Source: Spirochaetia bacterium
GTDB lineage: Bacteria; Spirochaetota; Spirochaetia; SZUA-6; Bin103
Length of the DNA: 64,000 nt
Direction of reading: 5' to 3'
NCBI GenBank assembly: GCA_965203515.1
Contig: OZ241907.1
Span: 3,360,001 to 3,424,000, forward strand
This document shows positions 20,102-29,244 of the stretch, piece after piece (position 1 is the first letter of the stretch; every line of letters starts with the position of its first letter). Position numbers and translations under genes: made by a program. Under the pieces are notes generated by a model that was not told the origin of the DNA, did no database searches, and saw only the letters and a list, made by a program, of their open reading frames with translations.

Positions 20102-20785
20102 CTACCACGCGGCGGCGAGCCGCTGCACGAGCGGACCGACGTCGACGTCGAACGCGCGCAACGGCGCCCGCGTCGGGTCGCCGGCCGATACGAACGGATT
20201 GTGCGCGACCAGGCTGCCGTCGATCCAGCCCACCGCGACGTAGCTGTGCCACACCCCCTGCCGCACGACCGCGTCGAACAGCGCCGACAGGCGGTCGCCG
20301 AAGTTGCACAGGTAGAAGGAGCAGATCAGCGGCCGGGCCGGGTAGACCGAGCAGCGTCGGTCGCGCAGCCAGTGACAGAAGCCGTCGGCCGCCTGCTTGG
20401 GGACGAGCGGTTCGCCGGTGTTCCATTCGTAGAGCAGGGTCGCCTCGGCCGGCGAGGCGCGAAGCTGCCGAGCCAAGTCCGCTATCCGCGCGGTTCGCTC
20501 GTCCGGGTCCGGGCGTTCCGGCAGGTCGAGATGGTCGCTCAGCAGCCGTTCGCGGCTGAGCCCGAGCGCGGACTCCAGGCCCGGCAGGTCGGCGCCCAGC
20601 ACCGGCACGCGGTCGCGGCAGCAGAGACCGCATCCGGCGCACCCCACGGTGGCCAGTCCGGGGCGGAGCCGCATGCGCTCCAGGGCGGCGATCAGATCGC
20701 CGACCGTGGCGCGGCCGGCGTAGCCGGCCAGCTCGATCTCGTCCTGCTGCAAGAGCAATCGCACCGGGCGTGCCGTGCCGTCCAT
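20102..20785 (-). CDS. YkgJ family cysteine-cluster protein
   Basis: CAGCGLCC and C..L....CSVYPARPLICSFYLC. Confidence 0.8.
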   Translation of the reverse strand: MDGTARPVRLLLQQDEIELAGYAGRATVGDLIAALERMRLRPGLATVGCAGCGLCCRDRVPVLGADLPGLESALGLSRERLLSDHLDLPERPDPDERTARIADLARQLRASPAEATLLYEWNTGEPLVPKQAADGFCHWLRDRRCSVYPARPLICSFYLCNFGDRLSALFDAVVRQGVWHSYVAVGWIDGSLVAHNPFVSAGDPTRAPLRAFDVDVGPLVQRLAAAW

Positions 20786-20840
20786 CTCGCGCCGGCGCTA
20801 CGGTAGTCGAGAAAGCCCGGCTCGGCCTACCCTCGACCCC

Positions 20841-21392
20841 GTGTCTGCAAGCGAACCGATCGACGCGCAACGGCTCGAGTCGTTCTTCGCGCACGTCGCC
20901 GCCCTGAAACGGATGCCGCGCAAGGGCTGGGTGGAGCGGGGCGTCCCCGCTCCCGAGTCGGTGGCCGCGCACTCGTTCGGCGTGGCGGCGCTGGCCGCCG
21001 TGACCGCCGCGGCGGTCGGCGCCGATCCGGCGCGGGCGGCCCTCATCGCGGTGATGCATGACGTGGCGGAGGCGCTCACCGGCGACCTGACGCCGGCCGA
21101 CGGCGTTCCGGGCGACCGGAAACGCCGGCAGGAGGAACACGCCGCGCGGCGCATCCTGGCCGGCGTCGACCCCGACGGAACGCTCATGGCCGCATGGCTC
21201 GACTACGCCGAGCGCCGCACGCCGGAGGGCCGGCTGGTCAAGGACCTGGACAAGATCGACCTGGCGCTGCAGGCGGACGCCTACGCGCGCGAAGGGACCG
21301 CGGCGGCCGGTACGCTGCGCCGTTCCGCAGAGCGCGCCATCCGCGCGGCCGACGTGCGCGCGCTTCTGACCCCCGCCGGACAGACGGGATGA
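20841..21392 (+). CDS. HD domain hydrolase (HDDC2/YfbR-like)
   Basis: LKRMPRKGW, ESVAAHS, MHDVAEALTGD, VKDLDKID. Confidence 0.85.
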   Translation: MSASEPIDAQRLESFFAHVAALKRMPRKGWVERGVPAPESVAAHSFGVAALAAVTAAAVGADPARAALIAVMHDVAEALTGDLTPADGVPGDRKRRQEEHAARRILAGVDPDGTLMAAWLDYAERRTPEGRLVKDLDKIDLALQADAYAREGTAAAGTLRRSAERAIRAADVRALLTPAGQTG

Positions 21393-22375
21393 GCCCGCCC
21401 GCGGTCCGGTGGGGGATCATCGGCTGCGGCGACGTGACCGAGGTCAAGAGCGGACCCGGGTTCCGGAAGGCGAACGGGTCGCGTCTGGTGGCGGTCATGC
21501 GGCGCAATGGCGGCGCGGCTCGCGACTACGCGCGCCGCCACGGGGTGCCGCGCGCGTATGACGACGCGGCTGACCTGATCGGCGACGCCGAGGTCGACGC
21601 GGTCTACGTCGCCACGCCGCCGTCGTCCCATCACGACTACGCCCTGCAGGCGCTGGCGGCCGGCAAGCCGGTGTACGTGGAGAAGCCGATGGCGTGCTCC
21701 CACCGGGAGTGCCGGGCCATGAACGCCGCCGCCGAGACGGCCGGCCTGCCGCTGTTCGTCGCCTACTATCGGCGGATGCTGCCGCGCTTCGCGGCGGTGA
21801 GCGACGCGCTCCGGGACGGATGCATCGGCACGCCGCTGACCGTGACCGCGCAGTACGCCAGTCCGCCCGACCCCTCGCTCGGCTCCGGCCCGCTGCCCTG
21901 GAGGTACCGGCCGGAGATCGCCGGCGGCGGACTGTTCGTGGACATGGGCTCGCACGTGCTGGACCTGCTGGACCATCTGCTGGGCCCGATCGACGAAGTG
22001 CGCGGCTTCGCGGTGAATCGGCTCGGCGCCTATCCGGCGGAGGATGCCGTGGCGTTCGCCATGCGCTTCCGCAACGGCGTCATCGGCACCGCCCGCTTTG
22101 CCTTCGCGGCGCGCGAGCACGTCGACCGGGTCGAGATCGCCGGCAGCCGCGGCGTGCTGCGCTACGCGACGTTCGCCGAAGTCCCGTTCGAGATCGACAC
22201 GGCGCGCGGCGCCGCGCGCACCCGCATCGCCGATCCGGAGCACGTGCAGCAGCCGCTGATCCAGTCGATCGTGGACGAGCTGCGGGGCTTCGGGAGCTGC
22301 CCCAGCACCGGGACGAGCGCGGCCCGCACCGGCTGGGTGATCGATCGAGTGTTGGCCGAGTATCGGACCGGCTGA
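21389..22375 (+). CDS. Gfo/Idh/MocA family oxidoreductase
   Basis: ATGA overlap with the HD gene; WGIIGCGDVTEVKSGP, VYVEKPM, DMGSHVLD. Confidence 0.9.
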   Translation: MSPPAVRWGIIGCGDVTEVKSGPGFRKANGSRLVAVMRRNGGAARDYARRHGVPRAYDDAADLIGDAEVDAVYVATPPSSHHDYALQALAAGKPVYVEKPMACSHRECRAMNAAAETAGLPLFVAYYRRMLPRFAAVSDALRDGCIGTPLTVTAQYASPPDPSLGSGPLPWRYRPEIAGGGLFVDMGSHVLDLLDHLLGPIDEVRGFAVNRLGAYPAEDAVAFAMRFRNGVIGTARFAFAAREHVDRVEIAGSRGVLRYATFAEVPFEIDTARGAARTRIADPEHVQQPLIQSIVDELRGFGSCPSTGTSAARTGWVIDRVLAEYRTG

Positions 22376-22387
22376 GGCTCCGGGGAC

Positions 22388-22441
22388 GGCGAGGACGATG
22401 CCCGCCCGGGTCCTGCGACCCTTCGGGGCATCGTCTCCGCC
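22388..22441. terminator. Long GC hairpin between convergent genes
   Basis: GACGATGCCC (22394-22403) pairs with GGGCATCGTC (22426-22435), enclosing an inner GGGTC-CTGC-GACCC hairpin; no U-tract. Confidence 0.45.
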
Positions 22442-22495
22442 CTGTGCGCTCAGCTCGGCTGGCCTATCTCTGCCGTCTCGAAACGTGCCGGTCGG

Positions 22496-23215
22496 CTACT
22501 GGCTGTCAGGATGTTCGGTCATCCAGTCCCCGTCGGCATTCTGCGACGCGGGGAACTGCCAGTTCCTGCCGTCCTCGTCAGTGACGTAGAAGGTGCCTTG
22601 CGTGGCCAGACCGTTTTCGTACGAGCCCTCGAAGCGGGAGCCGGTGGCCCAGGTGTAGACGCCCTCGCCGTGCGGCACGCCGTCCATGAACATGCCGGTG
22701 TAGCTGTCTTCGGTCGGCCACGTCATGGTGCCGGCGCCTTCGATCCTCCCTGCCACGAAGTCTCCGTCGTAGGTGGTGCCGTCGGCGAAGGTCAGCATGC
22801 CGGCGCCTTCGATCTGCTCGGTAACGAAGATGCCGCTGTACGTCAGGCCGTCGGCCCAGGACAGCGTCCCGGAGCCGTTGATGCGCCCCGCGGTGAAGTT
22901 GCCCTGGTACATGGCGCCGCTCGGCCAGGTCAGCATGCCCATGCCGTCCATCCGGCCGCCCTGGAAGGTGCCTTCGTACATGGCGCCGGAGGGCCACGTG
23001 AGCCGGCCTTCGCCGTGGGGACGACCGGCGTCGAACGCCCCCTGGTACATGGTGCCGTCACTCCAGGTGTAGGTGCCCTGGCCGTGGACCATGCCGTCCT
23101 CGAACTCGCCCGCATAGGTCGAGCCGTCGTCGTACGTGAAGCTTCCTGTCTTGGCCCAGGCAGCCGCAGCGCCGACGAGTGCGATAGTCAGTAGAGCTGT
23201 CAGGATTCTCATCAT
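22496..23215 (-). CDS. Secreted MORN-repeat protein
   Basis: Signal peptide MMRILTALLTIALVGAAAAWA, then about 8 23-aa YxGxFxxGxxxGxGxxTW repeats. Confidence 0.9.
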   Translation of the reverse strand: MMRILTALLTIALVGAAAAWAKTGSFTYDDGSTYAGEFEDGMVHGQGTYTWSDGTMYQGAFDAGRPHGEGRLTWPSGAMYEGTFQGGRMDGMGMLTWPSGAMYQGNFTAGRINGSGTLSWADGLTYSGIFVTEQIEGAGMLTFADGTTYDGDFVAGRIEGAGTMTWPTEDSYTGMFMDGVPHGEGVYTWATGSRFEGSYENGLATQGTFYVTDEDGRNWQFPASQNADGDWMTEHPDSQ

Positions 23216-23293
23216 GCGGAAACGATACTCAGATTCTCGCCGTTTTCGCAACCCGTCGTGGTACGATTTCCAGCGATCGACAAGGAGGCACCG

Positions 23294-25633
23294 ATGTTGA
23301 CCCAAGAACGGCTGGGAACCGGCTGGACGACCACCGACGCCGACCGGCAGGTGGCCGCCGAACTGGCCGCTCGCATCCCCCCTCGCGTCTTCGACGCACA
23401 CATGCATCTCTATGACACCAGGCATTTTCCAGACGTTGGTCCGATGCTCGCGCAGGGACCGGAGCGGGTCGGCCTTGCCGATTGGAGGGAGTTGGTCGGC
23501 GCCCAGGTCGGAGGAGCCGACCGGCTGGCAGGCGCGCTGGTCCTGCCGTTTCCGGCCCCGCAGCTGCCGGTCGGCCCCAAGAACGAGTACGTCGCGGCGC
23601 AGACCGCCGGCCACCCGACGGCGATCCGCGCGTATCTGGTAGCGGCGGACACGACGCCGGCGGAGGCCGAAGAGGACCTCGAAGGCGAGGGGATCGGCGG
23701 CTTCAAGTGCTACCACTGCTACAGCGCCCGAGCGGACACGCAACAGTCGTACATCGATGAGTTCCTGCCCGACTGGACGTGGCGGGTCGCCGACGAGCGC
23801 GGCTGGTTCATCATGCTGCACATCGTGCGCGACCCGGCGCTCGACGATCCGGAGAACCGGCGGCAGATACGCGAGCAGTGCGAGCGCTTTCCGAACGCGC
23901 AACTCATCCTGGCGCATGCCGCGCGCGGCTTCCACGGCCCGAACACCACCAAGGCGATCGCTTCTCTGCGCGGCCTGCGAAACGTCTGGTTCGACACCTC
24001 CGCCATCTGCGAGGCGGAGCCGATGATCGCCATCCTGGACGAGTTCGGGCCGCGCCGCCTCCTGTACGGCTCCGACTTCCCGGTCTCGCACCAGCGCGGG
24101 CGCTCGATCACGCTGGGCACCGGGTTCGCCTGGATCGCGACCGACCAACTCGAGTGGAACGACCGCGCCTTCTTCGGCCGACCGATATCGGTCGGCCTGG
24201 AGGAAGTGCGCGCGATCTTCCATGCCGCCGACCGGATCGGACTCGACGAAGCCGACCTGCAGGACGTCTTCTGCGACAACGCGGAGCGGCTGCTGGGTCT
24301 GCGCCGCGAGGACCCCGACCTGGGGCAGAAGAGCTACGAGCGGGCGCTGTCGATCATCCCGCGCGGCAACCATCTGCTGAGCAAGAACCCGGACCGCATG
24401 GCGCCCGGGCTCTGGCCGGCCTATTTCCGCGAGGCGCGCGGCTGCGAAGTGTGGGACGAGTCCGGACGCCACTTCTATGATTGCGCCTCGCACGGGATCG
24501 GGGCGACCATCCTGGGGTTCCGCGACCCGGACGTCACCCGCGCGGTCGTGCGGCGGGTCAACCTGGGGAGCTGCTCGACCCTCAATCCGCGCGAGGAGCT
24601 GGAGCTTGCCGAGCTGCTGTGCGGCCTGCATCCCTGGGCGGAACGGGTGCGGCTGGCGCGCACCGGCGGCGAGACGATGACCGTGGCGGTGCGCATCGCC
24701 CGCGCTACCACCGACCGTTCGGTGGTAGCGATCAGCGGCTACCATGGCTGGCACGACTGGTATCTGGCGGCGAACCTGGGAGCGGAAGACGCGCTGCGCG
24801 GCCACCTGATGCCGGGCCTGGAGCCGCTCGGCGTGCCGCGCGAGCTGCGCGGCACCGCGCACGTGTTCGAGTGGGGAGACTTGGCAGCCTTCGACCGCAT
24901 CGTCGCCGAGCACGGCGACCGGCTCGCGGCCGTGGTCATGGAACCGTGCCGGGGGCGCGACCCGGAACCCGGCTACCTCGCGCACATCCGCGACCAGGCT
25001 CACCGGGCCGGCGCGCTGCTGATCTTCGACGAGACCTCCATCGGCTTTCGTCTGGAGCGCGCCGGAGCGCATGCCCGGTTCGGCGTGGAGCCCGACCTGG
25101 CGGCGTTCGGCAAGAGCCTGGGCAACGGCCATCCGATCGGCGCGGTGATCGGCACCGCGGCCGCCATGGAGGGCGCCGAGCACTCGTTCATCTCCAGCAG
25201 CTACTGGACCGAGGCGGTGGGACCGGCCGCGGCGGTGGCCGCGGTCAAGAAGATGACGCAGCGGCTCGACGTGCCGGCCTTCGTCGCCGCGGTGGGAGAG
25301 CGCGTCACCGCCGCATGGCGGCGGCACGCCGCCGCCGCCGGGGTGCCGATCGTGACCGGCGACAGCTATCCGTGCATCGCCCACGCCGCCTTCGACCACG
25401 AGCAGGCCCGCGAGCTCGGCGTGCTGTACACGCAGCTCATGCTGGAGCGCGGCTTCCTGGCGCCGCCGGTGATCTACTGCTCGATGGCTCACACGGAGGA
25501 GGTGCTCGACAAGTACGAAGCGGCGATGGCGCCGGTCATGGCCGAGCTGGGCGAGGCGATCCGCACGGGCGACGCCGCCGACCGGCTGCGCGGTCCCCTG
25601 CCGGCGGAAGGCTTCCGGCGCCTGGTCCGTTGA
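23294..25633 (+). CDS. Fusion: amidohydrolase (TIM-barrel) + class III PLP aminotransferase
   Basis: AAGGAGG RBS; N-half FDAHMH, LAHAARGF, WFDTS, LLYGSDFP; C-half RTGGE, GYHGWHDW, LIFDE...GFR, FGKSLGNG. Confidence 0.85.
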   Translation: MLTQERLGTGWTTTDADRQVAAELAARIPPRVFDAHMHLYDTRHFPDVGPMLAQGPERVGLADWRELVGAQVGGADRLAGALVLPFPAPQLPVGPKNEYVAAQTAGHPTAIRAYLVAADTTPAEAEEDLEGEGIGGFKCYHCYSARADTQQSYIDEFLPDWTWRVADERGWFIMLHIVRDPALDDPENRRQIREQCERFPNAQLILAHAARGFHGPNTTKAIASLRGLRNVWFDTSAICEAEPMIAILDEFGPRRLLYGSDFPVSHQRGRSITLGTGFAWIATDQLEWNDRAFFGRPISVGLEEVRAIFHAADRIGLDEADLQDVFCDNAERLLGLRREDPDLGQKSYERALSIIPRGNHLLSKNPDRMAPGLWPAYFREARGCEVWDESGRHFYDCASHGIGATILGFRDPDVTRAVVRRVNLGSCSTLNPREELELAELLCGLHPWAERVRLARTGGETMTVAVRIARATTDRSVVAISGYHGWHDWYLAANLGAEDALRGHLMPGLEPLGVPRELRGTAHVFEWGDLAAFDRIVAEHGDRLAAVVMEPCRGRDPEPGYLAHIRDQAHRAGALLIFDETSIGFRLERAGAHARFGVEPDLAAFGKSLGNGHPIGAVIGTAAAMEGAEHSFISSSYWTEAVGPAAAVAAVKKMTQRLDVPAFVAAVGERVTAAWRRHAAAAGVPIVTGDSYPCIAHAAFDHEQARELGVLYTQLMLERGFLAPPVIYCSMAHTEEVLDKYEAAMAPVMAELGEAIRTGDAADRLRGPLPAEGFRRLVR

Positions 25634-25653
25634 GGAGTGCGGTGCGGCCCGAG

Positions 25654-26124
25654 CTAGCCGGCCGCGGTGTCGAGGGAGGTCAGAAACGTCTCGATCTCCC
25701 GCTCGAACCGGCGGGATACGCCGTCGAGTCTTCCGCCGAGCCGCGTGACGCGGCCTCCTTTGAGCTCGAAGCCGTAGATGTTGCGGAACAGATGCCGGAA
25801 CGACAGAAACTCGTCGAGCTCGGCGGCCAGGTCTTCACTGATGACCGCCGGCCTGATGCCGGGAACCGGCACCGTCATACGGAACAGCAACTCCTTATGC
25901 CACGCCTCGCCCCGATGGGCGGTGCCGTTCATCGCCGCGCCGATCCGCCGGAAGACCCGCTCGCAGCAGTTGTAGAAGTCGTGCATGACCGATCCCAGGA
26001 CGCGCGGATTCCGATCCGGTTTGGCGAGCTCGTCGAGCGCTTCGTTCCGGAGCTGTGCGGCGTTCGTCAGCTCGCGCCGGATTGCGGTCTCGAGCTCGGT
26101 CAGACTTCCGTCATCCGGCGTCAT
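25654..26124 (-). CDS. HEPN/HepT-like ribonuclease toxin
   Basis: HDFYNCCERVF, WHKELL, IRPAVIS, FRHLFRNIY. Confidence 0.8.
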   Translation of the reverse strand: MTPDDGSLTELETAIRRELTNAAQLRNEALDELAKPDRNPRVLGSVMHDFYNCCERVFRRIGAAMNGTAHRGEAWHKELLFRMTVPVPGIRPAVISEDLAAELDEFLSFRHLFRNIYGFELKGGRVTRLGGRLDGVSRRFEREIETFLTSLDTAAG

Positions 26125-26464
26125 GCAGTACCGCTCCGGTAGCGATGACGTGCTCGCGCGTCGCGGGGGGGAGCTCTTCCCATGGTTTGATATCGAGCGG
26201 GTAGCCGGCTTCGGCGCTCAGCGTTCCCAGGAGCTTGAAGTAGTCGTCAGGTGGCAGCCCCTCGACCGCCAGATCGATATCCGACCATACCGACAGCGGC
26301 GATCCGGTGGCGACGGAGCCGTACAGGTAGAGACGGCGAAAGCTGAACCGCTCCGTTGCCAGCCCGGCCAGCCGGACCGCCTCCGCGCGCATCGCCGCCC
26401 GCATCCGCCGCTGGCGTCGCCGTTGGCGCTCGACGATGCGGGACCGGTAGCTGTCCGTGATCAT
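26111..26464 (-). CDS. Minimal nucleotidyltransferase (MNT) antitoxin
   Basis: LYGSVATG...SDIDLAVEG (GS...DxD); overlaps the HEPN start; exact start uncertain. Confidence 0.82.
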   Translation of the reverse strand: MITDSYRSRIVERQRRRQRRMRAAMRAEAVRLAGLATERFSFRRLYLYGSVATGSPLSVWSDIDLAVEGLPPDDYFKLLGTLSAEAGYPLDIKPWEELPPATREHVIATGAVLHDAG

Positions 26465-26496
26465 CAATCTAACGGTGTGGTCGACCTGTCTGCCGG

Positions 26497-28347
26497 TCAA
26501 CCGGGCGCGACGCCCTGCATGTTCCAGCCGGCCAGGGTCAGGAGCGGCTGGATCGCGCGGTCCCGCTCCAGCACCTCCGGCCGCACGTCGCGCAGTCGTG
26601 CGCACCGCTCCTTGAGCTCCCGCTCGGTCAGCGGTGTGCCGAGCGGCGGCTCGCCGGCCGCGTGCCAGCGGTCGATCTCGCCGCGGTGGCCCAGTCGGCG
26701 CAGCGCGTTCCAGTAACCGCGGTGATGGTCGCGCTGGTAGCTGTCCCAGAAGAACAGGCGGTCGCTGCCGGCGTCATAGAGCATCTTGGCCATGCGCCGG
26801 AAGTCTTCCGGCGGCATGGAGCGCGGCATGACGTTCATCGCCAGCCGGCAATCGGTGCCGGCCACCGCCTCCGCGAACGGGATTACCTGGTCCGGGCCGC
26901 TCCACGTGTCGGTCGGCACCGGCAGCGCGTAGGGTGCGCCGCTGTACGGCATCACCGTGTCGACCAGGCCGCCGCGCGCCCAGGCGGCCACGTCGATGCC
27001 GAAGAACAGGTTGTCCTCGATGCTGCCCAGGATGCAGGCCGAAACCTCGATCGGCGATCCGCGGGCGCCGGCCTCGGCGGCCATGGCGCCGCGCACGCGC
27101 CGCATGAACCCGGTCAGCATGCCCGCGCGGTAGCGCAGCCACTCCGGATCGTCGGGCGGCAGCTGCCGCGCATCCCTGCCGGTCGCCGCCCTGAAGCCGG
27201 CGGTCAGCGGCTCCTCGTAGTCCAGGTACGGCGGGCGGCGGTTGTAGAGCAGCGTGATGCCGTCGACCGGGTAGGCGCGCACGACCTCGCGGAGCACGGC
27301 GATGCAATACTCCTGTACTTCCGGGAATGCGTAGGAGAGGCGCGCCTGATCGCGGCCGTCGCGGTCCTTGCAGCGCCACTCCGGGTGGCGGTCGTACAGT
27401 CCGTCGGCAAAGGCGTAGTCGAGCAGCGGCGGCGGGTAGGTCCAGCCGGCCAGGCGGTAGGCGGCGTGGAAGCCCAGACCCATGCCGTGCGCGTACGCGA
27501 CCGCTTCGCCGAACGGGTCGATGCCCGCCTCGATCAGGCGGGTCCAGCCCTCATGCCGATAGCGGTCCCACTTGCGCCCGTAATCCGGCGCCGGAATCCG
27601 GTCCAGCGTGCGCCCGATCCTGGTGGGATAGTTGAGCAGGTCGCCCGAGCCGAGCTCCCAGTGGATGCGCTCGAAGTCGCTGTCGCGGTACGGCTCGAGC
27701 TCCTCCCGGATCGCTTCGACGGTGCCGGCCTGCAGCACGTGATTGACGTCGGTGTGGCCCTGCAGGCGTTTGTGGGATCGGTCGGCGCGGTCGGCGCGCA
27801 CGAGCGCGGCCTCTGCGCCGGTGAGCGGCACCAGCTTGACGTAGGCGATGCGCGCCGGCGAACGATCGCCCGGCTCGGGATGGGCGCCGGCGCCCATCCG
27901 GTACTGGGAGAAGATGATCTCCTGATCGGTCAGGTCGGCGACCTTCCAGAAGATCTCCTCCAGGCGGCGCCGCTTGAGGTGGCCGCCGGGGTCCCATTCG
28001 AGTACCGAGAAGGACCGGTCGCCGGTGAGCCGGGCCCGCAGCCACGCCGCGTCGCCGGTGGCGTTGCGCCCGTCGATCTGGCCGACGTCGGTCGGGTGGA
28101 TGCCGATCGAAATCGCGTGCGGTCCCCGACGGCGCGGCCGGCAGGTGACGTCGGGCGCGCCGGTTTCCGGGTTGGCCATGAGCATGGTGCCGGCGAATGT
28201 CGGCGTCTCGTACTGCAGGGTGCGCCAGCAGCCGCGCCGCGACTGGCGGCTCAGGGCGTCGGAAGGGGTGCACCGGTCCAGATCCGACAGGTAGATCGGA
28301 GGCGAGGCGAAGGCGCGGTCGCCGATCAGGTCGGGTAGAGGTGTCAT
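26497..28347 (-). CDS. Uncharacterised TIM-barrel, glycoside-hydrolase-like (GHL10-like)
   Basis: AHGMGLGFHAAYR, HPEW, LSYAFPEVQEY, YPVDGI, W...R..MLTGFMR, GIDVAAW...GLVD. Confidence 0.55.
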   Translation of the reverse strand: MTPLPDLIGDRAFASPPIYLSDLDRCTPSDALSRQSRRGCWRTLQYETPTFAGTMLMANPETGAPDVTCRPRRRGPHAISIGIHPTDVGQIDGRNATGDAAWLRARLTGDRSFSVLEWDPGGHLKRRRLEEIFWKVADLTDQEIIFSQYRMGAGAHPEPGDRSPARIAYVKLVPLTGAEAALVRADRADRSHKRLQGHTDVNHVLQAGTVEAIREELEPYRDSDFERIHWELGSGDLLNYPTRIGRTLDRIPAPDYGRKWDRYRHEGWTRLIEAGIDPFGEAVAYAHGMGLGFHAAYRLAGWTYPPPLLDYAFADGLYDRHPEWRCKDRDGRDQARLSYAFPEVQEYCIAVLREVVRAYPVDGITLLYNRRPPYLDYEEPLTAGFRAATGRDARQLPPDDPEWLRYRAGMLTGFMRRVRGAMAAEAGARGSPIEVSACILGSIEDNLFFGIDVAAWARGGLVDTVMPYSGAPYALPVPTDTWSGPDQVIPFAEAVAGTDCRLAMNVMPRSMPPEDFRRMAKMLYDAGSDRLFFWDSYQRDHHRGYWNALRRLGHRGEIDRWHAAGEPPLGTPLTERELKERCARLRDVRPEVLERDRAIQPLLTLAGWNMQGVAPG

Positions 28348-28481
28348 GCCGCCCAGGAAATGGCGGGCCGACGCTAGCAGAATCCGCGTCCGGCGGCAAG
28401 GCGCAGTGGTGTGGCGGACCACGCTCGACGGCGTGACGGCGCCGTTGCAGGTTGCAGGCCGACGGTTGTAAGCTGCCGTCC

Positions 28482-29240
28482 GTGGGCGACGCTCCGCCCT
28501 GGTACCGCGTCTGGTTCGACTCTCCGTACTACGGGATACTCTATGGCGACCGCGATCAGGCCGAGGCGGACGCCTTCATCCGCCGATTGGCGCGCACGTT
28601 GCGGGCGCAACCGCCGGCCGCAGCGCTGGACGTGGCGTGCGGCACCGGCCGGCACGCGGTGGTGCTGGCCGACCTGGGCTACGACGTGCTGGGCATCGAC
28701 CTGTCGGCGCCCAGCATCGCTCAGGCCCGGCGGCGCGCGCGCGCGAACCTGCGCTTCCAGGTCCTGGACATGCGGGCGATCGAGTGGCGCGATCGCTTCG
28801 ACGTCGCGCTCAACCTGTTCACCAGCTTCGGCTACTTCGGCGTCGAAGACGACGAGCGGCGCGTGCTGGCCGGCATCCGGCGCGCCCTGCGGCCCGGCGG
28901 CGAGCTGGTGATCGACTTCCTCAACGCCGCGCGCACCGTCGCCGAGCTGGTGCCCCGCGAGCGGGCCGAGCGCGGCGGCATCGCCTTCGACATCACCCGC
29001 GAGCTGTCCGGACAGACCATCGTCAAGACGATCGAGGTCGACGACCCTCGGCGGCCGGCCGGCCGGCCGCGCCCGCGCTTCCGGGAACGGGTGCGCGCCC
29101 TGAGCGCCGGCACCCTGCGCGGCTACCTGCAGGACGCCGGCCTGCGCATCGAGCGGCGCTACGGCGACTACGCGCTCAACCCGTTCCGTGCGGAGACGTC
29201 CGACCGGTTGATCCTGGTGGCGCGCAAGCCGGAACGTTGA
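28482..29240 (+). CDS. Class I SAM-dependent methyltransferase, candidate bacillithiol N-methyltransferase (NmbA-like)
   Basis: WYRVWFDSPYYGILYGDRD.AEA N-terminus; LDVACGTGRH, GIDLS, LDMR, NLFTSFGYF, IDFLN; 4 bp upstream of bshC. Confidence 0.8.
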   Translation: MGDAPPWYRVWFDSPYYGILYGDRDQAEADAFIRRLARTLRAQPPAAALDVACGTGRHAVVLADLGYDVLGIDLSAPSIAQARRRARANLRFQVLDMRAIEWRDRFDVALNLFTSFGYFGVEDDERRVLAGIRRALRPGGELVIDFLNAARTVAELVPRERAERGGIAFDITRELSGQTIVKTIEVDDPRRPAGRPRPRFRERVRALSAGTLRGYLQDAGLRIERRYGDYALNPFRAETSDRLILVARKPER

Positions 29241-29244
29241 CGCG

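Noticed and set aside
17432..20806. 1124-aa + strand ORF
   Set aside because: Antisense shadow of the two ABC transporter genes and the YkgJ gene; no motifs, and long shadows are expected at this GC content.
23216..25492. 998-aa minus ORF as a giant MORN fusion
   Set aside because: The upstream part is antisense to the amidohydrolase-aminotransferase; the MORN gene starts at 23215 with a signal peptide.
24300..25633. Calling the aminotransferase domain hemL because hemB and hemC are nearby
   Set aside because: It lacks HemL-typical motifs (PGGVNSPVR, SGTEA, YHGH.D), reading RGNHLLSK, TGGE and YHGWHDW instead, and it is not linked to either hem gene.
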